Origin: a virus
Taxonomy: Duplodnaviria; Caudoviricetes
IMG/VR virus record: IMGVR_UViG_3300025357_000008
Location: 32,001-96,000 of that record
DNA: 64,000 nt
Reading direction: 5' to 3' (one strand)
Positions 37,901 to 48,416 of this stretch are shown here, piece by piece. Position 1 is the first letter of the stretch; each line of letters starts with the position of its first letter. The notes under the pieces were generated by a model. It saw nothing but the letters and a program-made list of their open reading frames with translations, was not told the origin of the DNA and did no database searches. Position numbers and translations under genes: made by a program.

Positions 37901-38109
37901 ATGTTGATTATGCAAACAGTATCGTATATTTAACTTCAAACTCAGCATTGACGTTTACTTCAAACATTGCAGTTAAGAAGATTCCTGTTGCAAACGCAAA
38001 TCAAATTCTACTAACAGGACCAATAGGTGTACAATACATACCATACATAATAACAGAAGACGGTTACCAATTGGTGACAGAAGACGGTCAAAATATTCTA
38101 TTAGGATAA
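34942..38109 (+). CDS. gp7: baseplate wedge gp7-like
   Basis: FV.FLQAYYEW, Y.SKGT..SY.FLFR.LF, LQSKDYNNFTY, LLHPSG; C-terminal TEDG..L.TEDG. Confidence 0.8.
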   Translation: MIQSNQKTSLFIPSQLPEYLLDTSVYGNNFVTFLQAYYEWMELANTANANTVTADTNGTQGALYASKSLWDYTDIDNTLEGFQQYFINDFLQYFPAESLISPTTAVKIARQLYQSKGTPASYQFLFRVLFDSDFDYFYTKDAVLAASSGKWYVPKSILLETSDTNFLAAVNYKVFGLISKSFATIENVILADNKIEIFISDIERLFQSGESVTIVDAYNQPVYFLNGKVVPAGTSGAETLTAVILGQISQININPTARGLGYNVADPVIVYGGLNSNVANPIGAIAEVASVTTGSIQDITVVNGGYGYSTFPPSGTSLYPGNAVSLISITGQQTSGANATVFSVASGGEATITIPIDSIAVSNGFSIGNTLSFLSANTSATANATLANALTFTTIQTNPIGSVVLNNGGGGINYVPVATAQSQYVSNDTTNNIFGSISSLGILAPIQIANTGTGYSNNDTIVFTGGCGYGANARIRVNANGSIINVMYQAVSGLPSGGLGYIGGVLPNVSIQTSTGSNATIYVPGTLGSGATFSLTLNQIGAVSLINVLQGGEDYTGTPNVSLVVQDIVVSNLIPALLPVSGETLYQGANVNVASYIATVNSISLLQQNGNPRQSVYNLRVFNYTSQPNPTLPLLIKNTNINMAMVNTAYGATQYTQSVYNQYGVRNYGDGNARASTKYLNGLVIGQGQYLTSSGQLSSYDVLQSKDYNNFTYQITVEKAISDYRSTLLNLLHPSGVNLIGRYALKSNTVVDYDIEDTLATQEYLNKIIGTNNVQGTMNVADNQYVASANIYYHGYNYQANDILTISGGTSVYPAQIKVLSVYGSANDIGSFVVSNVGNYSVFPTNPVSVTGGAGSTAQFNLAPDYLNYSANTISIGYLPTGNYINYSTFVTMTTANNFNVVSGLANVNFAANTVTLTDSVWVRFANVAYGTGNSNSSIINISNVYTDVYNIINDGVYSNTSYPIIDVIQTNDVLSSNGYYIGKVQYVDYANSIVYLTSNSALTFTSNIAVKKIPVANANQILLTGPIGVQYIPYIITEDGYQLVTEDGQNILLG

Positions 38110-38112
38110 TAA

Positions 38113-39597
38113 ATGTCAACAGTAAAAATTACAGCATTACCATCACTATCAGCTTTTGCTGGTGCCAACACCGGCAACGCAACTTTTATTGGTGTTGATA
38201 TATCGCAAGATAAAACAGTTCAATTCACAGGAACGACTCTTGCTCAACAATTGTATCTAAACAATTCTTTAGTTGTTGGTAATAATACTATTCAGTTACC
38301 AAATACTATTGCACAGTTCTCAGGCAATTCAAATAGTTATTTGCAAATTAATGCACAAAACTTTAATCCTAACGGGTCTATTGATGTCGTTTTAACTGCT
38401 GATGATGGTACTGATTTGGGCGGTTATATTGATTTGGGTCTGAATAATTCTCAATTTAATGCTAATGCCGTTGGTCAAACATCACAGTTTCCGCATGACG
38501 GTTATTTGATTGTCGATGGACCTGGTGCGAATTCTACAGGTAATCTTGTAATAGGTACTGCAAATCCTGGTACTAATGTTGTATTTGCAGTTGGTGGTTA
38601 TCAGTCAAACAATATCGTTGCAGTTGTAGCCGCTAACGGTATTGTAATGAACACTAATACGTTTATTACTTTTGCAGATGGCACAAAAATAACAACAGCA
38701 AACGTAATTACAAATTTAAACACATATGCATACTCTGCTTATTCTGAAGCAAACGCCGCATGGACACTTGCAAATGCCGCTTTTGCTTTAGCTAATACAG
38801 ATACCTCTGGTCTTGTTACTACGATTAATTTTGTAAATGCAATGGCTAATACGACAAACTTAGCGTACACACAAGCTAATAATGCCGCTTCGTTTGCTAA
38901 TGCCGCTTTCACAGAAGCAAATACAACATATTCTTCATTAATTTCAGTCGCAACTTTTTTAAATTCAATTGCTAATACTGCTAATTTAGCATACACCGAA
39001 GCCAATTCCGCATCTGCATGGGCTAATGCTATCAATGCAACACAGAATACTAATATAACTGCCGCTTATGCCCAAGCAAACGTTGCAAACTCAATTGCAA
39101 ATACAGCAGTTCAGAATACATCAACTATTCAAATAAACAATTTAAATGTATCAGGTAACGTAGTTTCATCAGGAAATATTAATGGTGCTTACATGTTTGG
39201 TAATCAAAGTTACATGACAGGTTCTGTTACTGCAACTACTATTATTGCAAACTCGTATACATACAGTTCAAATACAACAGCAACTGCAATTCAAACTGGT
39301 AGTAGAACAACTTTAGTGTATGCAAACGGAACTTCTGGTGTCATTGTAGGTTACAATGCAAGTGCATTACAACATCAAACAGGTTATGTATTTACTGTGT
39401 ATAACAGCTCAGTTTTACATCCTTCTGATATTGTTATTGTTTCTGTTCAGAGTACAAACTGCCCAGTACTTCAAGTTTCTACAGCAAATACTAGAGCAGG
39501 AAGTTTTGATGTTGCAGTTTACAATGCTTCAAGTGCCGGTAACGATGCCGCATACACAATGAATCTTAACTTTGGTATTATTAGGGTCGGATCTTAA
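38113..39597 (+). CDS. baseplate-associated fibre-like protein
   Basis: N-terminal VKITALP, central AN.A(F/Y) heptads, C-terminal beta domain. Confidence 0.65.
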   Translation: MSTVKITALPSLSAFAGANTGNATFIGVDISQDKTVQFTGTTLAQQLYLNNSLVVGNNTIQLPNTIAQFSGNSNSYLQINAQNFNPNGSIDVVLTADDGTDLGGYIDLGLNNSQFNANAVGQTSQFPHDGYLIVDGPGANSTGNLVIGTANPGTNVVFAVGGYQSNNIVAVVAANGIVMNTNTFITFADGTKITTANVITNLNTYAYSAYSEANAAWTLANAAFALANTDTSGLVTTINFVNAMANTTNLAYTQANNAASFANAAFTEANTTYSSLISVATFLNSIANTANLAYTEANSASAWANAINATQNTNITAAYAQANVANSIANTAVQNTSTIQINNLNVSGNVVSSGNINGAYMFGNQSYMTGSVTATTIIANSYTYSSNTTATAIQTGSRTTLVYANGTSGVIVGYNASALQHQTGYVFTVYNSSVLHPSDIVIVSVQSTNCPVLQVSTANTRAGSFDVAVYNASSAGNDAAYTMNLNFGIIRVGS

Positions 39598-39610
39598 AGA
39601 TAAATAGAAT

Positions 39611-40999
39611 ATGGCAAATCAAAATTTACTCACATACGCCGCTAGAATTGCATCAATCAATCAGGACTACTATAGTCCTGTTGCGGTTTTACCACCAGCG
39701 CATACAATACCATTACAATCAACTTATGCTTTCTTAGCAAACGTTGACCCATGGACAGACGATAACAATCCTCCGGCACCTACACAAGACCAGCAATCTA
39801 TTAAGAAGGTCTTTAATAATATATTTGCCGTTAAAAAGGTAACTTCTGGTGATATTTGCCCTGTCGTTCAACGTATAGATTGGTCTGCAAACACAGTTTA
39901 TAACTACTATCAAGATAATATTGATATGTTTGCCGTTGATTCTAATGGGTTTTTGCTGAATAATTTCTATGTGAGAAACAGTTACGACCAAGTCTTTAAG
40001 TGCCTGAGTAACAATAGCGTAGGTTCGACATCTACTGCGATGCCTTATTTTCAGCCAGGCCAATACAACACCTTCAATGTTTTTGAAGGCGCTGACGGCT
40101 ATAAGTGGAAATATTTATACACAATTAATACTGGACTTAAGACAACCTTCATGGACGCATCATGGATGCCGGTACCATTAGGTTACAATACACCAAACCC
40201 AACACTATCTCAATCATCTTATGGTGTTGGCGGTATAGATGCTCTTGTCATTACAAATGGTGGTTTCGGCTATAATCCTACGACTAATCCAATAACGGTA
40301 ACAATCACGGGTGACGGTACTGGTGCAACAGCAACAGTAAACGCACTTCAAGTTAACAATGTTGGCGCTATTACAGATATCACAATCACAAATCCTGGCT
40401 ACAATTACACATACGCTAATGTGACAATCACATCTGGCTTGGGTACTTCTGCAACTGCTATTGCACCTGTTTCACCTGTCGGTGGCCATGGTTTCGATCC
40501 TGTTTCTGATTTGGGTGCGACTAATGTAATGTACTCTGTAGCATTTAACTCTGATGAAAGCGGTAATATTCCAACAAATATATCATATCATCAGATAGGT
40601 TTGATGGTTAACCCAACAACATACACGTTATCACCCAATCCTGCAACTGGTAGCATATATAATACAACAACATCAATTGTTGTAGCACCAGGACCTGGAA
40701 CATTTGTAACAGACGAAATCATACAACAAATAGATTCATTCGGAAAAGTATTATTTTCTGCTAAGGTTGTTAGCTATAACGTTACAACCAATGTATTAAG
40801 TGTGATAAATACAAATGGTAATTACGTAACAAATCAAACAGTTCAAGGACTGACTTCAAAAGCAGTTAGAGTTTTGTTAACAGTTTCAAAACCAGATTTC
40901 GTTGCGTTCTCTGGTTACATCACATACATAGAAAATAGAAGTGCAGTACAACGTAGTGCTGACGGTATAGAACAATTCAAATTTGTACTAGGGTACTAA
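39611..40999 (+). CDS. gp8: baseplate wedge gp8
   Basis: RIDW...T.Y, FYV.N...QVFKCL.N, DGYKWKYLYTI, GGHG.DP..LG, YIENR...R...IEQ.K.V. Confidence 0.88.
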   Translation: MANQNLLTYAARIASINQDYYSPVAVLPPAHTIPLQSTYAFLANVDPWTDDNNPPAPTQDQQSIKKVFNNIFAVKKVTSGDICPVVQRIDWSANTVYNYYQDNIDMFAVDSNGFLLNNFYVRNSYDQVFKCLSNNSVGSTSTAMPYFQPGQYNTFNVFEGADGYKWKYLYTINTGLKTTFMDASWMPVPLGYNTPNPTLSQSSYGVGGIDALVITNGGFGYNPTTNPITVTITGDGTGATATVNALQVNNVGAITDITITNPGYNYTYANVTITSGLGTSATAIAPVSPVGGHGFDPVSDLGATNVMYSVAFNSDESGNIPTNISYHQIGLMVNPTTYTLSPNPATGSIYNTTTSIVVAPGPGTFVTDEIIQQIDSFGKVLFSAKVVSYNVTTNVLSVINTNGNYVTNQTVQGLTSKAVRVLLTVSKPDFVAFSGYITYIENRSAVQRSADGIEQFKFVLGY

Positions 41000-41008
41000 A
41001 GGAAAAAA

Positions 41009-44000
41009 ATGCTGAATTTTAATGTCTCTCCATACTATGATGATTTTGACCCATCAAAGAACTACCATCGCATTTTATTTAAACCTGGTTATGCAGTTCA
41101 AGCACGAGAAGTAACACAAGCACAAACAATTTTACAGAATCAAATTTCTGATTTTGCATCTGCAATCTACTCAACAAACACACCGGTTTCAGGTGGGCAA
41201 GTTACAACAAACTTGCAATGTTATTATATTAAATTGAACACAACATACGGTTCAACAACAATTAAAGCATCAGACTTTTTAGGTAAAGTTATTACCGGTA
41301 ACGATGCAAATACGGCAACAATTCAAGCAAAAGTTATTGCAACAGCAGAGGCTACAGGTACTGGCGGTGCCGCAGGTGATCCACCAACATTAGTTGTATC
41401 ATACTTATCAGGACCACAGTTTGGTGATAATATGGTGTTGACAACAATTGACGGTTCAAATTTATTTGCGACTGTTCAAGCATCAACATCAACATCAATT
41501 TCAACAGGTCAGTCTTCTACAGCATCAGTTTCAAACGGTGTTTTCTATATCGTCAACGGCTATTCACAAGCGGCTGATGGAACAGAGTACTCAATCGGTA
41601 ACTTTGTAAACGTTTCTCCACAAACAATCATTCTCGATAAGTATGATAATACACCATCTTATCGTGTCGGCCTTGAAATCACAGAACAAATTATTGATTA
41701 CATCACAGATCCAGCATTATTAGATCCTGCTGTAGGTGCATCAAACTATCAAGCACCAGGTGCAGATAGATATCAAATAACTTTAACTCTAACAACATTA
41801 CCATTGACTCTTGGTAGTGATAGTCAGTTCATTGAATTGTTAAGAATTGATAACGGTAGTGTCGTAAAACAGAATGATACTACTGTGTATTCAGCAATTG
41901 ATGACTACTTCTCAAAACGAGATTTTGAAACAAATGGTGATTATGTTGTAGAAGATTTCAAACTTACACCGGTTGCAAATACAGTCAATTCGGCAAAATA
42001 TGACTTGGGTATTAGTAAAGGTGTTGCGTATGTTCAGGGCTATCGTGTCGAGAATCAATCACAATTAACATTGACTTCAGATAGAGCATTAGCAACATCA
42101 AATATTGCTGGTAGCGAAACATTTATTGATTATGGTAATTATTTAAATGTGGCTGGTGTTAATGGCGACTTCAATGTAACAACATTGCCAAAAATCAATA
42201 TTCATTGCGTTAATACGAATAATGTTGCTCAAGGACAAGGTAGCACAAAATACAACTCAACATTAGTTGGTACTGCTTTCTTAAGAAACTTACAGTTTCA
42301 ACAGGCTAATGGCGGCTCAAACACAGGCTCTTATGTTTTTAATGCATCAATATCAGATATATTAGTAAACACTTTAGGTGCTTATGGTAATTCTTCACTA
42401 TGTACATCAAACACGATTGGTGTTTTTGATACGACAGGTGAATTCTCAGGTGTTGCTAATGCCTATTATGGTGTAACATTGTCTGTTAATTCTGGTTCAA
42501 GTGTTGGTGATGTCAGAACAATTACCAATTATACAGTAAGCGGTAATAACAAATATTTTACAGTCAATCAACCATTCTCTGTTTTACCAGATGCATCATC
42601 AGCATTTACGTTGAATTTCAAGATTGGTGATGCCGATGCAATTGCTATTGCAAACGGTAGTTATTATCTAACTGCTGGTGCTAATGTTGATATTACCACC
42701 GGTAAAACTACCGGTCTATGGACAGGTCAAGCAATTCTTCAGAATCCTGGACAAACAGAGTTAATCTTTCCAATAGGTGCGCCATGGGTTCAAAACGTTT
42801 ATAGTACTAGCTATACTACTACTAAGATTTTCCGCTCTGGCGTTCTTTCTGGTTCATCTGGTCAGTTAAATTTAAGTCTTGGAAGTACACCTTATAAATT
42901 CATTCAAGGTTCTGGTGTAGGTTTTGTTGAAAACAATTTTAACATTGTCAATACTTCATCAGGGGCTTTATTAGATTTCACAACATCAGGCAACACAGTT
43001 GTTGTTAGTTCTGATGGTGTGACGGCAAACATTTCTTCGTCATATTATGCTGGTAATACTGTTGATGTTATTGCAACTGTAAATGTATACAACGGTGACA
43101 GTACATCTATTACAAAAGTTAAAACGACTGTTACAGGTAATAATACAGGTGTTAGTTCAACCGGTGGTACTTCAGGTACTCAACTCAATACAAATACGTA
43201 TGTCGATTTAAATAACGGTCAAGTCTTTATTTCTAAAGCAGGCGTTACAAATTCAAATTGCTTGTATATTTCCGATATTAGAAATATTGTTGCAATCTAT
43301 GATACTAAAAACGTCAACTTAATTACACCTTCAGAAATAAATGCAGGAAATATAATTGGCAACCCTTTGTATGACGTTACAAATCATTTTACATTAGACA
43401 ATGGTCAACGTGATACGTTCTATGATTTTGGTTATGTCAATCTAATTCCTGGTGCTCCTGGTATTATCGGTAACTTGATTGTTGTTTTGAACTACTACTC
43501 ACATACCGGTGGTGACGGATTCTTTACTGGTAATTCATACCCACAATCTGATTATACAATCATACCATCTTACACTTCAAAGTCTAGCGGTATCACATAT
43601 CAACTAAGAGATTCAGTTGACTTCAGACCTACAAGAGTTAATGCACAGACTTCTTACACTTGGAACTATACATCTAGCCCAACAATAAGCCAAAGTTCTG
43701 CTGGTGTTGCTATACCTAGAAACGGTAGTTACTTTAATAATTCTTATAATTTCTATCTTGGTAGAAAAGATAAACTTGTTCTTACAAAAGATAACAGCTT
43801 TAAGATTGTTGAAGGTGTACCATCAATTAATCCAAGACCACCAACAGAGCCAACAGGTTCTCTAGTTCTTGCAAATCTAACTTTAGATCCATATACTGCT
43901 ATTGTTGGTAATCAAACTGTTAATGGTCAGTCAAATCTTTCAATACAGAAAGTTGTTCATAAACGTTGGGCTAAGAGTGATATCACGGACTTAGAAACAA

Positions 44001-46219
44001 GAATCAATAACTTAGAATATTATTCTGCACTAAGTCAACTTGAAGCAACTGCCGCCTCAACCCAAGTATCAGATAGTAATGGTATTTCAAGACCAAACTA
44101 TGGTATTCTTGTTGATTCATTCACATCATTTGCTACAGCGGATACATACAATCCAGATTTTGCGGCAAACATCAATATTCGAACAAATCGTTTGTCTCCT
44201 GCCGCATTAGTTGATAACTATCAATTACAAAATCCTACAGTAATGGCCTCATTAGGTACATTAGCAAACACTTATGATTTTGCAATCTCTAGTATCTCTG
44301 GTACTGGAACAAACATCTTTACATTACCATATACTACAGCAAATCTTATTGTTCAACCTCTTGCAAGTAGTGCAGTATCAGTTAATCCTTTCAACGTTAT
44401 TGTTGACAAAGGTGTTGCATCGTTGACACCACCTATTGACAATTGGGTTGATAATCAACAAGTTGTGCCAGTAGTTACACAGACACAAGCCACAGCAGTT
44501 AATCAACAGGCTTTTGGTAAAACCTTGACTAACATGGGCGACTTTGCATCAATTCCTGGTACTTCAAGTGTAACAATTACATCATTGAATTCTACTGGAA
44601 ATACTGCAACATATGCAAGTCAATTAAGTACAACAACGTCTTCAATTAGCACACCAGCCGCATTGAATACTGTTAACGGATACTTGGTTAACGACACAAT
44701 TTTACCATATATTAGACCACAACAAATTATTGTTGAAGCAAAAGGTCTGTTAGCAAACCAAAACGTACATTGCTGGTTTGATGGTATAAATGTTGACAAG
44801 TATATGATTGCCCCAAACACAATCGAATTGCAGAATGTACATGGTTCTTTCCAAGTAGATGACATTATAGGTTATTATCAATCTGGTTCACAATCATTCT
44901 ATCCATCTGGTCGTGTTATGAACGTGTATAACTATCCAGGTACATCAAACACTAGATTGTATGTGTCAGACTTTATGAGACTTGCTAATAGAGCAAATTT
45001 AGCATCACCTCAGTTGTATAATGGTATGTTTGATGCTAATGGTGATTATATTGCCAACAGTTGGACCGCATATGGTACACCAGTAAATGCGTCCGTAATT
45101 TCTATGGCAACATCAGGTACAGTCTCTGGTGTTGGTGGTGCATACACGACAGCAGTAGGACCTACTTATAGCGGTAACTTATATAAAATGAACTATGGTG
45201 CACAGAACTTCTCAGATTTCTTAAACACAAATGGTGTTTGGGATGTAAGTAATGCCACTGGTTCATTAACAACATTTAATGCCACTTTCCCAATTTTCTT
45301 CCCAATAGGAACTGGAAACACATATGTAATGACTGCACAATGTAATGGTACTGCAACGGTTAGTGTTAACAATGCAACAATCGTAACATTATCAGCAGGA
45401 ACATATGGACAAAATCAACAAACTAAAGTCACATTTAACCCAACACAGAACGTATTAAGTAACATTAGTATTTCTGCTACATGTTCAGATGGTGTGCCAA
45501 GTATTGCAGTTGTTGTTACAGACCCAACTACAAATACCGTAATTTGGAACGCAACACAACCTCAAGGTATGACATATGCCGGTTCTGGTCAACAAATTGC
45601 AATGCCATATGGCGGTATATTATTTACCGGTGCAACAAAAGTTAAATTAGATCCTACAATATCAAGTACACTTGATTTCACGGGTTCACAAATTAACTTC
45701 TTTACAAAAGAAGTTACTCAAACAGAGTCATTGACTACATGGACTCCTCCACCAGCCACACCATCTGGAAGTTCTGGTGGTTCAACATCAATTGCAGGTG
45801 CACCAGGAAGTTGGTTCATACAATTAGATACTGCAATTTGGGGAGCAAATTCACCATGGACTAAAGTTGATTCGGCAATTGTACATGCCGGAACAGCAGT
45901 TCTTGGTGCTGTTAGCAACGTAGTAAATACTGTTTCCCATGATGTCACTAACATTGTAAACAAAGTTTCATCATGGTTCTCTGATAGACGTTTGAAACGC
46001 TCTATTAAATATATCAAGACACTTGATAATGGAATTAAAATTTACAGTTTCAAATATTTGTGGAGTAATCAAACCTTTGTTGGTGTGATGGCTCAAGATT
46101 TAATTGGTACTGAATTCGAATCTGCTATTAAAACACACATAGGTATCTACATAGTTGACTATAGTAAACTTGGTTTTAATATGATGACTCTTGAAGAATA
46201 TGAAGCAACAACCGTATAA
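41009..46219 (+). CDS. VrlC/DUF4815-like large virion protein, N-terminal part, with C-terminal S74 intramolecular chaperone
   Basis: FNVSPYYDDFD..KNY.RILFKPG.AVQARE, APGADRY, DNGQRD, DFRP, RI.NLEYY..LS.LE; ends SDRRLK...GVMAQD...VDYSKL. Confidence 0.8.
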   Translation: MLNFNVSPYYDDFDPSKNYHRILFKPGYAVQAREVTQAQTILQNQISDFASAIYSTNTPVSGGQVTTNLQCYYIKLNTTYGSTTIKASDFLGKVITGNDANTATIQAKVIATAEATGTGGAAGDPPTLVVSYLSGPQFGDNMVLTTIDGSNLFATVQASTSTSISTGQSSTASVSNGVFYIVNGYSQAADGTEYSIGNFVNVSPQTIILDKYDNTPSYRVGLEITEQIIDYITDPALLDPAVGASNYQAPGADRYQITLTLTTLPLTLGSDSQFIELLRIDNGSVVKQNDTTVYSAIDDYFSKRDFETNGDYVVEDFKLTPVANTVNSAKYDLGISKGVAYVQGYRVENQSQLTLTSDRALATSNIAGSETFIDYGNYLNVAGVNGDFNVTTLPKINIHCVNTNNVAQGQGSTKYNSTLVGTAFLRNLQFQQANGGSNTGSYVFNASISDILVNTLGAYGNSSLCTSNTIGVFDTTGEFSGVANAYYGVTLSVNSGSSVGDVRTITNYTVSGNNKYFTVNQPFSVLPDASSAFTLNFKIGDADAIAIANGSYYLTAGANVDITTGKTTGLWTGQAILQNPGQTELIFPIGAPWVQNVYSTSYTTTKIFRSGVLSGSSGQLNLSLGSTPYKFIQGSGVGFVENNFNIVNTSSGALLDFTTSGNTVVVSSDGVTANISSSYYAGNTVDVIATVNVYNGDSTSITKVKTTVTGNNTGVSSTGGTSGTQLNTNTYVDLNNGQVFISKAGVTNSNCLYISDIRNIVAIYDTKNVNLITPSEINAGNIIGNPLYDVTNHFTLDNGQRDTFYDFGYVNLIPGAPGIIGNLIVVLNYYSHTGGDGFFTGNSYPQSDYTIIPSYTSKSSGITYQLRDSVDFRPTRVNAQTSYTWNYTSSPTISQSSAGVAIPRNGSYFNNSYNFYLGRKDKLVLTKDNSFKIVEGVPSINPRPPTEPTGSLVLANLTLDPYTAIVGNQTVNGQSNLSIQKVVHKRWAKSDITDLETRINNLEYYSALSQLEATAASTQVSDSNGISRPNYGILVDSFTSFATADTYNPDFAANINIRTNRLSPAALVDNYQLQNPTVMASLGTLANTYDFAISSISGTGTNIFTLPYTTANLIVQPLASSAVSVNPFNVIVDKGVASLTPPIDNWVDNQQVVPVVTQTQATAVNQQAFGKTLTNMGDFASIPGTSSVTITSLNSTGNTATYASQLSTTTSSISTPAALNTVNGYLVNDTILPYIRPQQIIVEAKGLLANQNVHCWFDGINVDKYMIAPNTIELQNVHGSFQVDDIIGYYQSGSQSFYPSGRVMNVYNYPGTSNTRLYVSDFMRLANRANLASPQLYNGMFDANGDYIANSWTAYGTPVNASVISMATSGTVSGVGGAYTTAVGPTYSGNLYKMNYGAQNFSDFLNTNGVWDVSNATGSLTTFNATFPIFFPIGTGNTYVMTAQCNGTATVSVNNATIVTLSAGTYGQNQQTKVTFNPTQNVLSNISISATCSDGVPSIAVVVTDPTTNTVIWNATQPQGMTYAGSGQQIAMPYGGILFTGATKVKLDPTISSTLDFTGSQINFFTKEVTQTESLTTWTPPPATPSGSSGGSTSIAGAPGSWFIQLDTAIWGANSPWTKVDSAIVHAGTAVLGAVSNVVNTVSHDVTNIVNKVSSWFSDRRLKRSIKYIKTLDNGIKIYSFKYLWSNQTFVGVMAQDLIGTEFESAIKTHIGIYIVDYSKLGFNMMTLEEYEATTV

Positions 46220-46234
46220 CTTGGAAGAAAATAA

Positions 46235-48415
46235 ATGACATCAGCCGTAACAACGCAATCAACAGTAAATCAATCAGCAACGATTACTGCATTTGATCCG
46301 ACAACGAGAGTTGCAACACTTTCTCAGCCAGTAAATTTATCATTAGGATATAATCAAAATTTTGGTGATATCACAACGACATATAATATTGTTGGTACAA
46401 ATTATAATATGTCTCATGCTTTAACAAATGGTGGATTGCCACAGTTGTCAACCGATGAGCAAGGTAATTTTAATGCTATCTTCAATGTACCATCAAACAC
46501 ATTTCAGATTGGTACTAGAGTTTTTCGAATTGATAATAGATTAAATGTTGGTGATACTGATGGTACTTCAGCAACAACTTATGCCGAAGCAACATTTACT
46601 GCATCTGGTCTTCAAATCAATGCAACTCAAGCAAATTTTGCGCCTTCTTTAGATTCTAGTGCATCAACATATGTACCGACAACTACTATTAATAGTCAAT
46701 CAGTTTTAGGTAATCAGACAGCGGCATTCTCACCTTTTGATCCTATTGCACAATCATTCATTGTTTCTAAAGATAATTACCCTAATGGTGTATTTTTAAG
46801 TTCTGTCAAGTTATTTTTCCAAAACAAACCAGCAACAAATATACCGATTACTGTTTCTCTTGTTGCAACTTTAAATGGTGTACCTAACGGTCAAACGTTA
46901 GACTATTCCACAGTCACATTGTTCCCAAATCAAGTTAAAGTTTCACAAACACCACAGTATCTTGATGCTAATACAGCAACTACATTTACATTTAATGCTC
47001 CGGTTTATGTACAACCTGGTGTATTGTATGCTATTTTAATTAATTCTAGAACATCAGATTATACTTTATGGTACGGTCAACAGAATTCTTCTGCATTACC
47101 TTCTACTGCAAAAGCAAAACCTTCAGACCCAAATCCATCAAACCCAACAAGAATCGGTGCCGCACCTTATGTTGGTGGTCTATTTGAATCACAAAATGCT
47201 CTGCAATGGTCTGTTGACCAAACTAAAGATTTAATGTTTGTAATTGACCAATGCGTTTTCAATACTAATATTACAGGAATTATACCATTCGATTTACCTT
47301 ATGGTGCTCCTTATAGAAAACTTGGTATTAATGATGTTAGACATAAGAGCGATCCTGCTATAGTATCACAAGTTATGGGTAACTATTCACAAGTATCTGA
47401 AATTGACGAATTCAACGTCACTACTACAGAATTTGTACCGACACAAACTAAAACATCTTATACATATCAATCAATACTTGCTGATGGTACAAAGACCACT
47501 ACAGCAACAGTTATACCTGGTAATTATGCAACACCGACATATCAAAATATTAAATTGAATGATGGTTTAGGTGCAAGATTTGTAAATCCTAATTCTAATT
47601 CTTCATTCGTTATGACTGCAACATTGTCATCTAATGATCCTAATGTAAGTCCTATCATCTCCGATGACGGAATGACTCTGTATACGATAACATATGCTAT
47701 CAATAATATGGGTCTTTCAAACAATGTTATTCAAGTTTTAAATGCTGGTACAGGCTATTCAACAAATACATATGCAACAGTTTCAGCACCTGACGTTGCC
47801 GGTGGTGTTCAATCCGCAGTCGGTGTAAACTTAGACACTAATGGTAATGTTACTTCTGTATATGTTCAAACTCAAGGTAGCGGTTATATTAAAACACCGA
47901 CAATCACAATTATCGACCAAAACAATACACGTGGCGGTAACGCTAACGCATCTATCGTAGTTGGTGGTGAAACATCATCATCTGGTGGTAACAGTCGTGC
48001 AAAGTATTTTACTAAGCCAGTTATCCTACAACCAGGAAATGATTCTGGTGACTTAAGAGTTTATTGTACTGCTTATCAACCAGTAGGAACAGCAATCTAT
48101 GTATACTATAAGATTCTAAGTTCACAAGATACATCAACATTTGCATCACAAAATTGGCAATTAATGACACCAACAACAAACGCCAACAATTTTGCAAGCG
48201 TTCAGGATCAATTAATTGAATATGAATATGCTCCTGGTATTTTTGGTTCTGGTCAAGCAAACAACAGCATTTCTTATTTGAGTACAAACGGTACGACATA
48301 CAATAACTTCATTCAATTTGCAATCAAAGTTGTAATGGCTTCAAGCGATGCAACAAACGTACCTTATCTAAATGATATTCGTGCGATTGCATTACCACCA
48401 GGTACGAGAATCTAA
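46235..48415 (+). CDS. VrlC/DUF4815-like virion protein, C-terminal part
   Basis: DPIAQSF, GVFLSSVKLFF..K, G.LFESQN...W, SPII, FAIKVVM, P.L.DIRAIAL. Confidence 0.8.
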   Translation: MTSAVTTQSTVNQSATITAFDPTTRVATLSQPVNLSLGYNQNFGDITTTYNIVGTNYNMSHALTNGGLPQLSTDEQGNFNAIFNVPSNTFQIGTRVFRIDNRLNVGDTDGTSATTYAEATFTASGLQINATQANFAPSLDSSASTYVPTTTINSQSVLGNQTAAFSPFDPIAQSFIVSKDNYPNGVFLSSVKLFFQNKPATNIPITVSLVATLNGVPNGQTLDYSTVTLFPNQVKVSQTPQYLDANTATTFTFNAPVYVQPGVLYAILINSRTSDYTLWYGQQNSSALPSTAKAKPSDPNPSNPTRIGAAPYVGGLFESQNALQWSVDQTKDLMFVIDQCVFNTNITGIIPFDLPYGAPYRKLGINDVRHKSDPAIVSQVMGNYSQVSEIDEFNVTTTEFVPTQTKTSYTYQSILADGTKTTTATVIPGNYATPTYQNIKLNDGLGARFVNPNSNSSFVMTATLSSNDPNVSPIISDDGMTLYTITYAINNMGLSNNVIQVLNAGTGYSTNTYATVSAPDVAGGVQSAVGVNLDTNGNVTSVYVQTQGSGYIKTPTITIIDQNNTRGGNANASIVVGGETSSSGGNSRAKYFTKPVILQPGNDSGDLRVYCTAYQPVGTAIYVYYKILSSQDTSTFASQNWQLMTPTTNANNFASVQDQLIEYEYAPGIFGSGQANNSISYLSTNGTTYNNFIQFAIKVVMASSDATNVPYLNDIRAIALPPGTRI

Positions 48416-48416
48416 T

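Noticed and set aside
30637-48415. Stop-codon reassignment explaining split gp5 and VrlC
   Set aside because: The breaks are TAA stops with intergenic gaps and new ATGs; core genes are intact in the standard code
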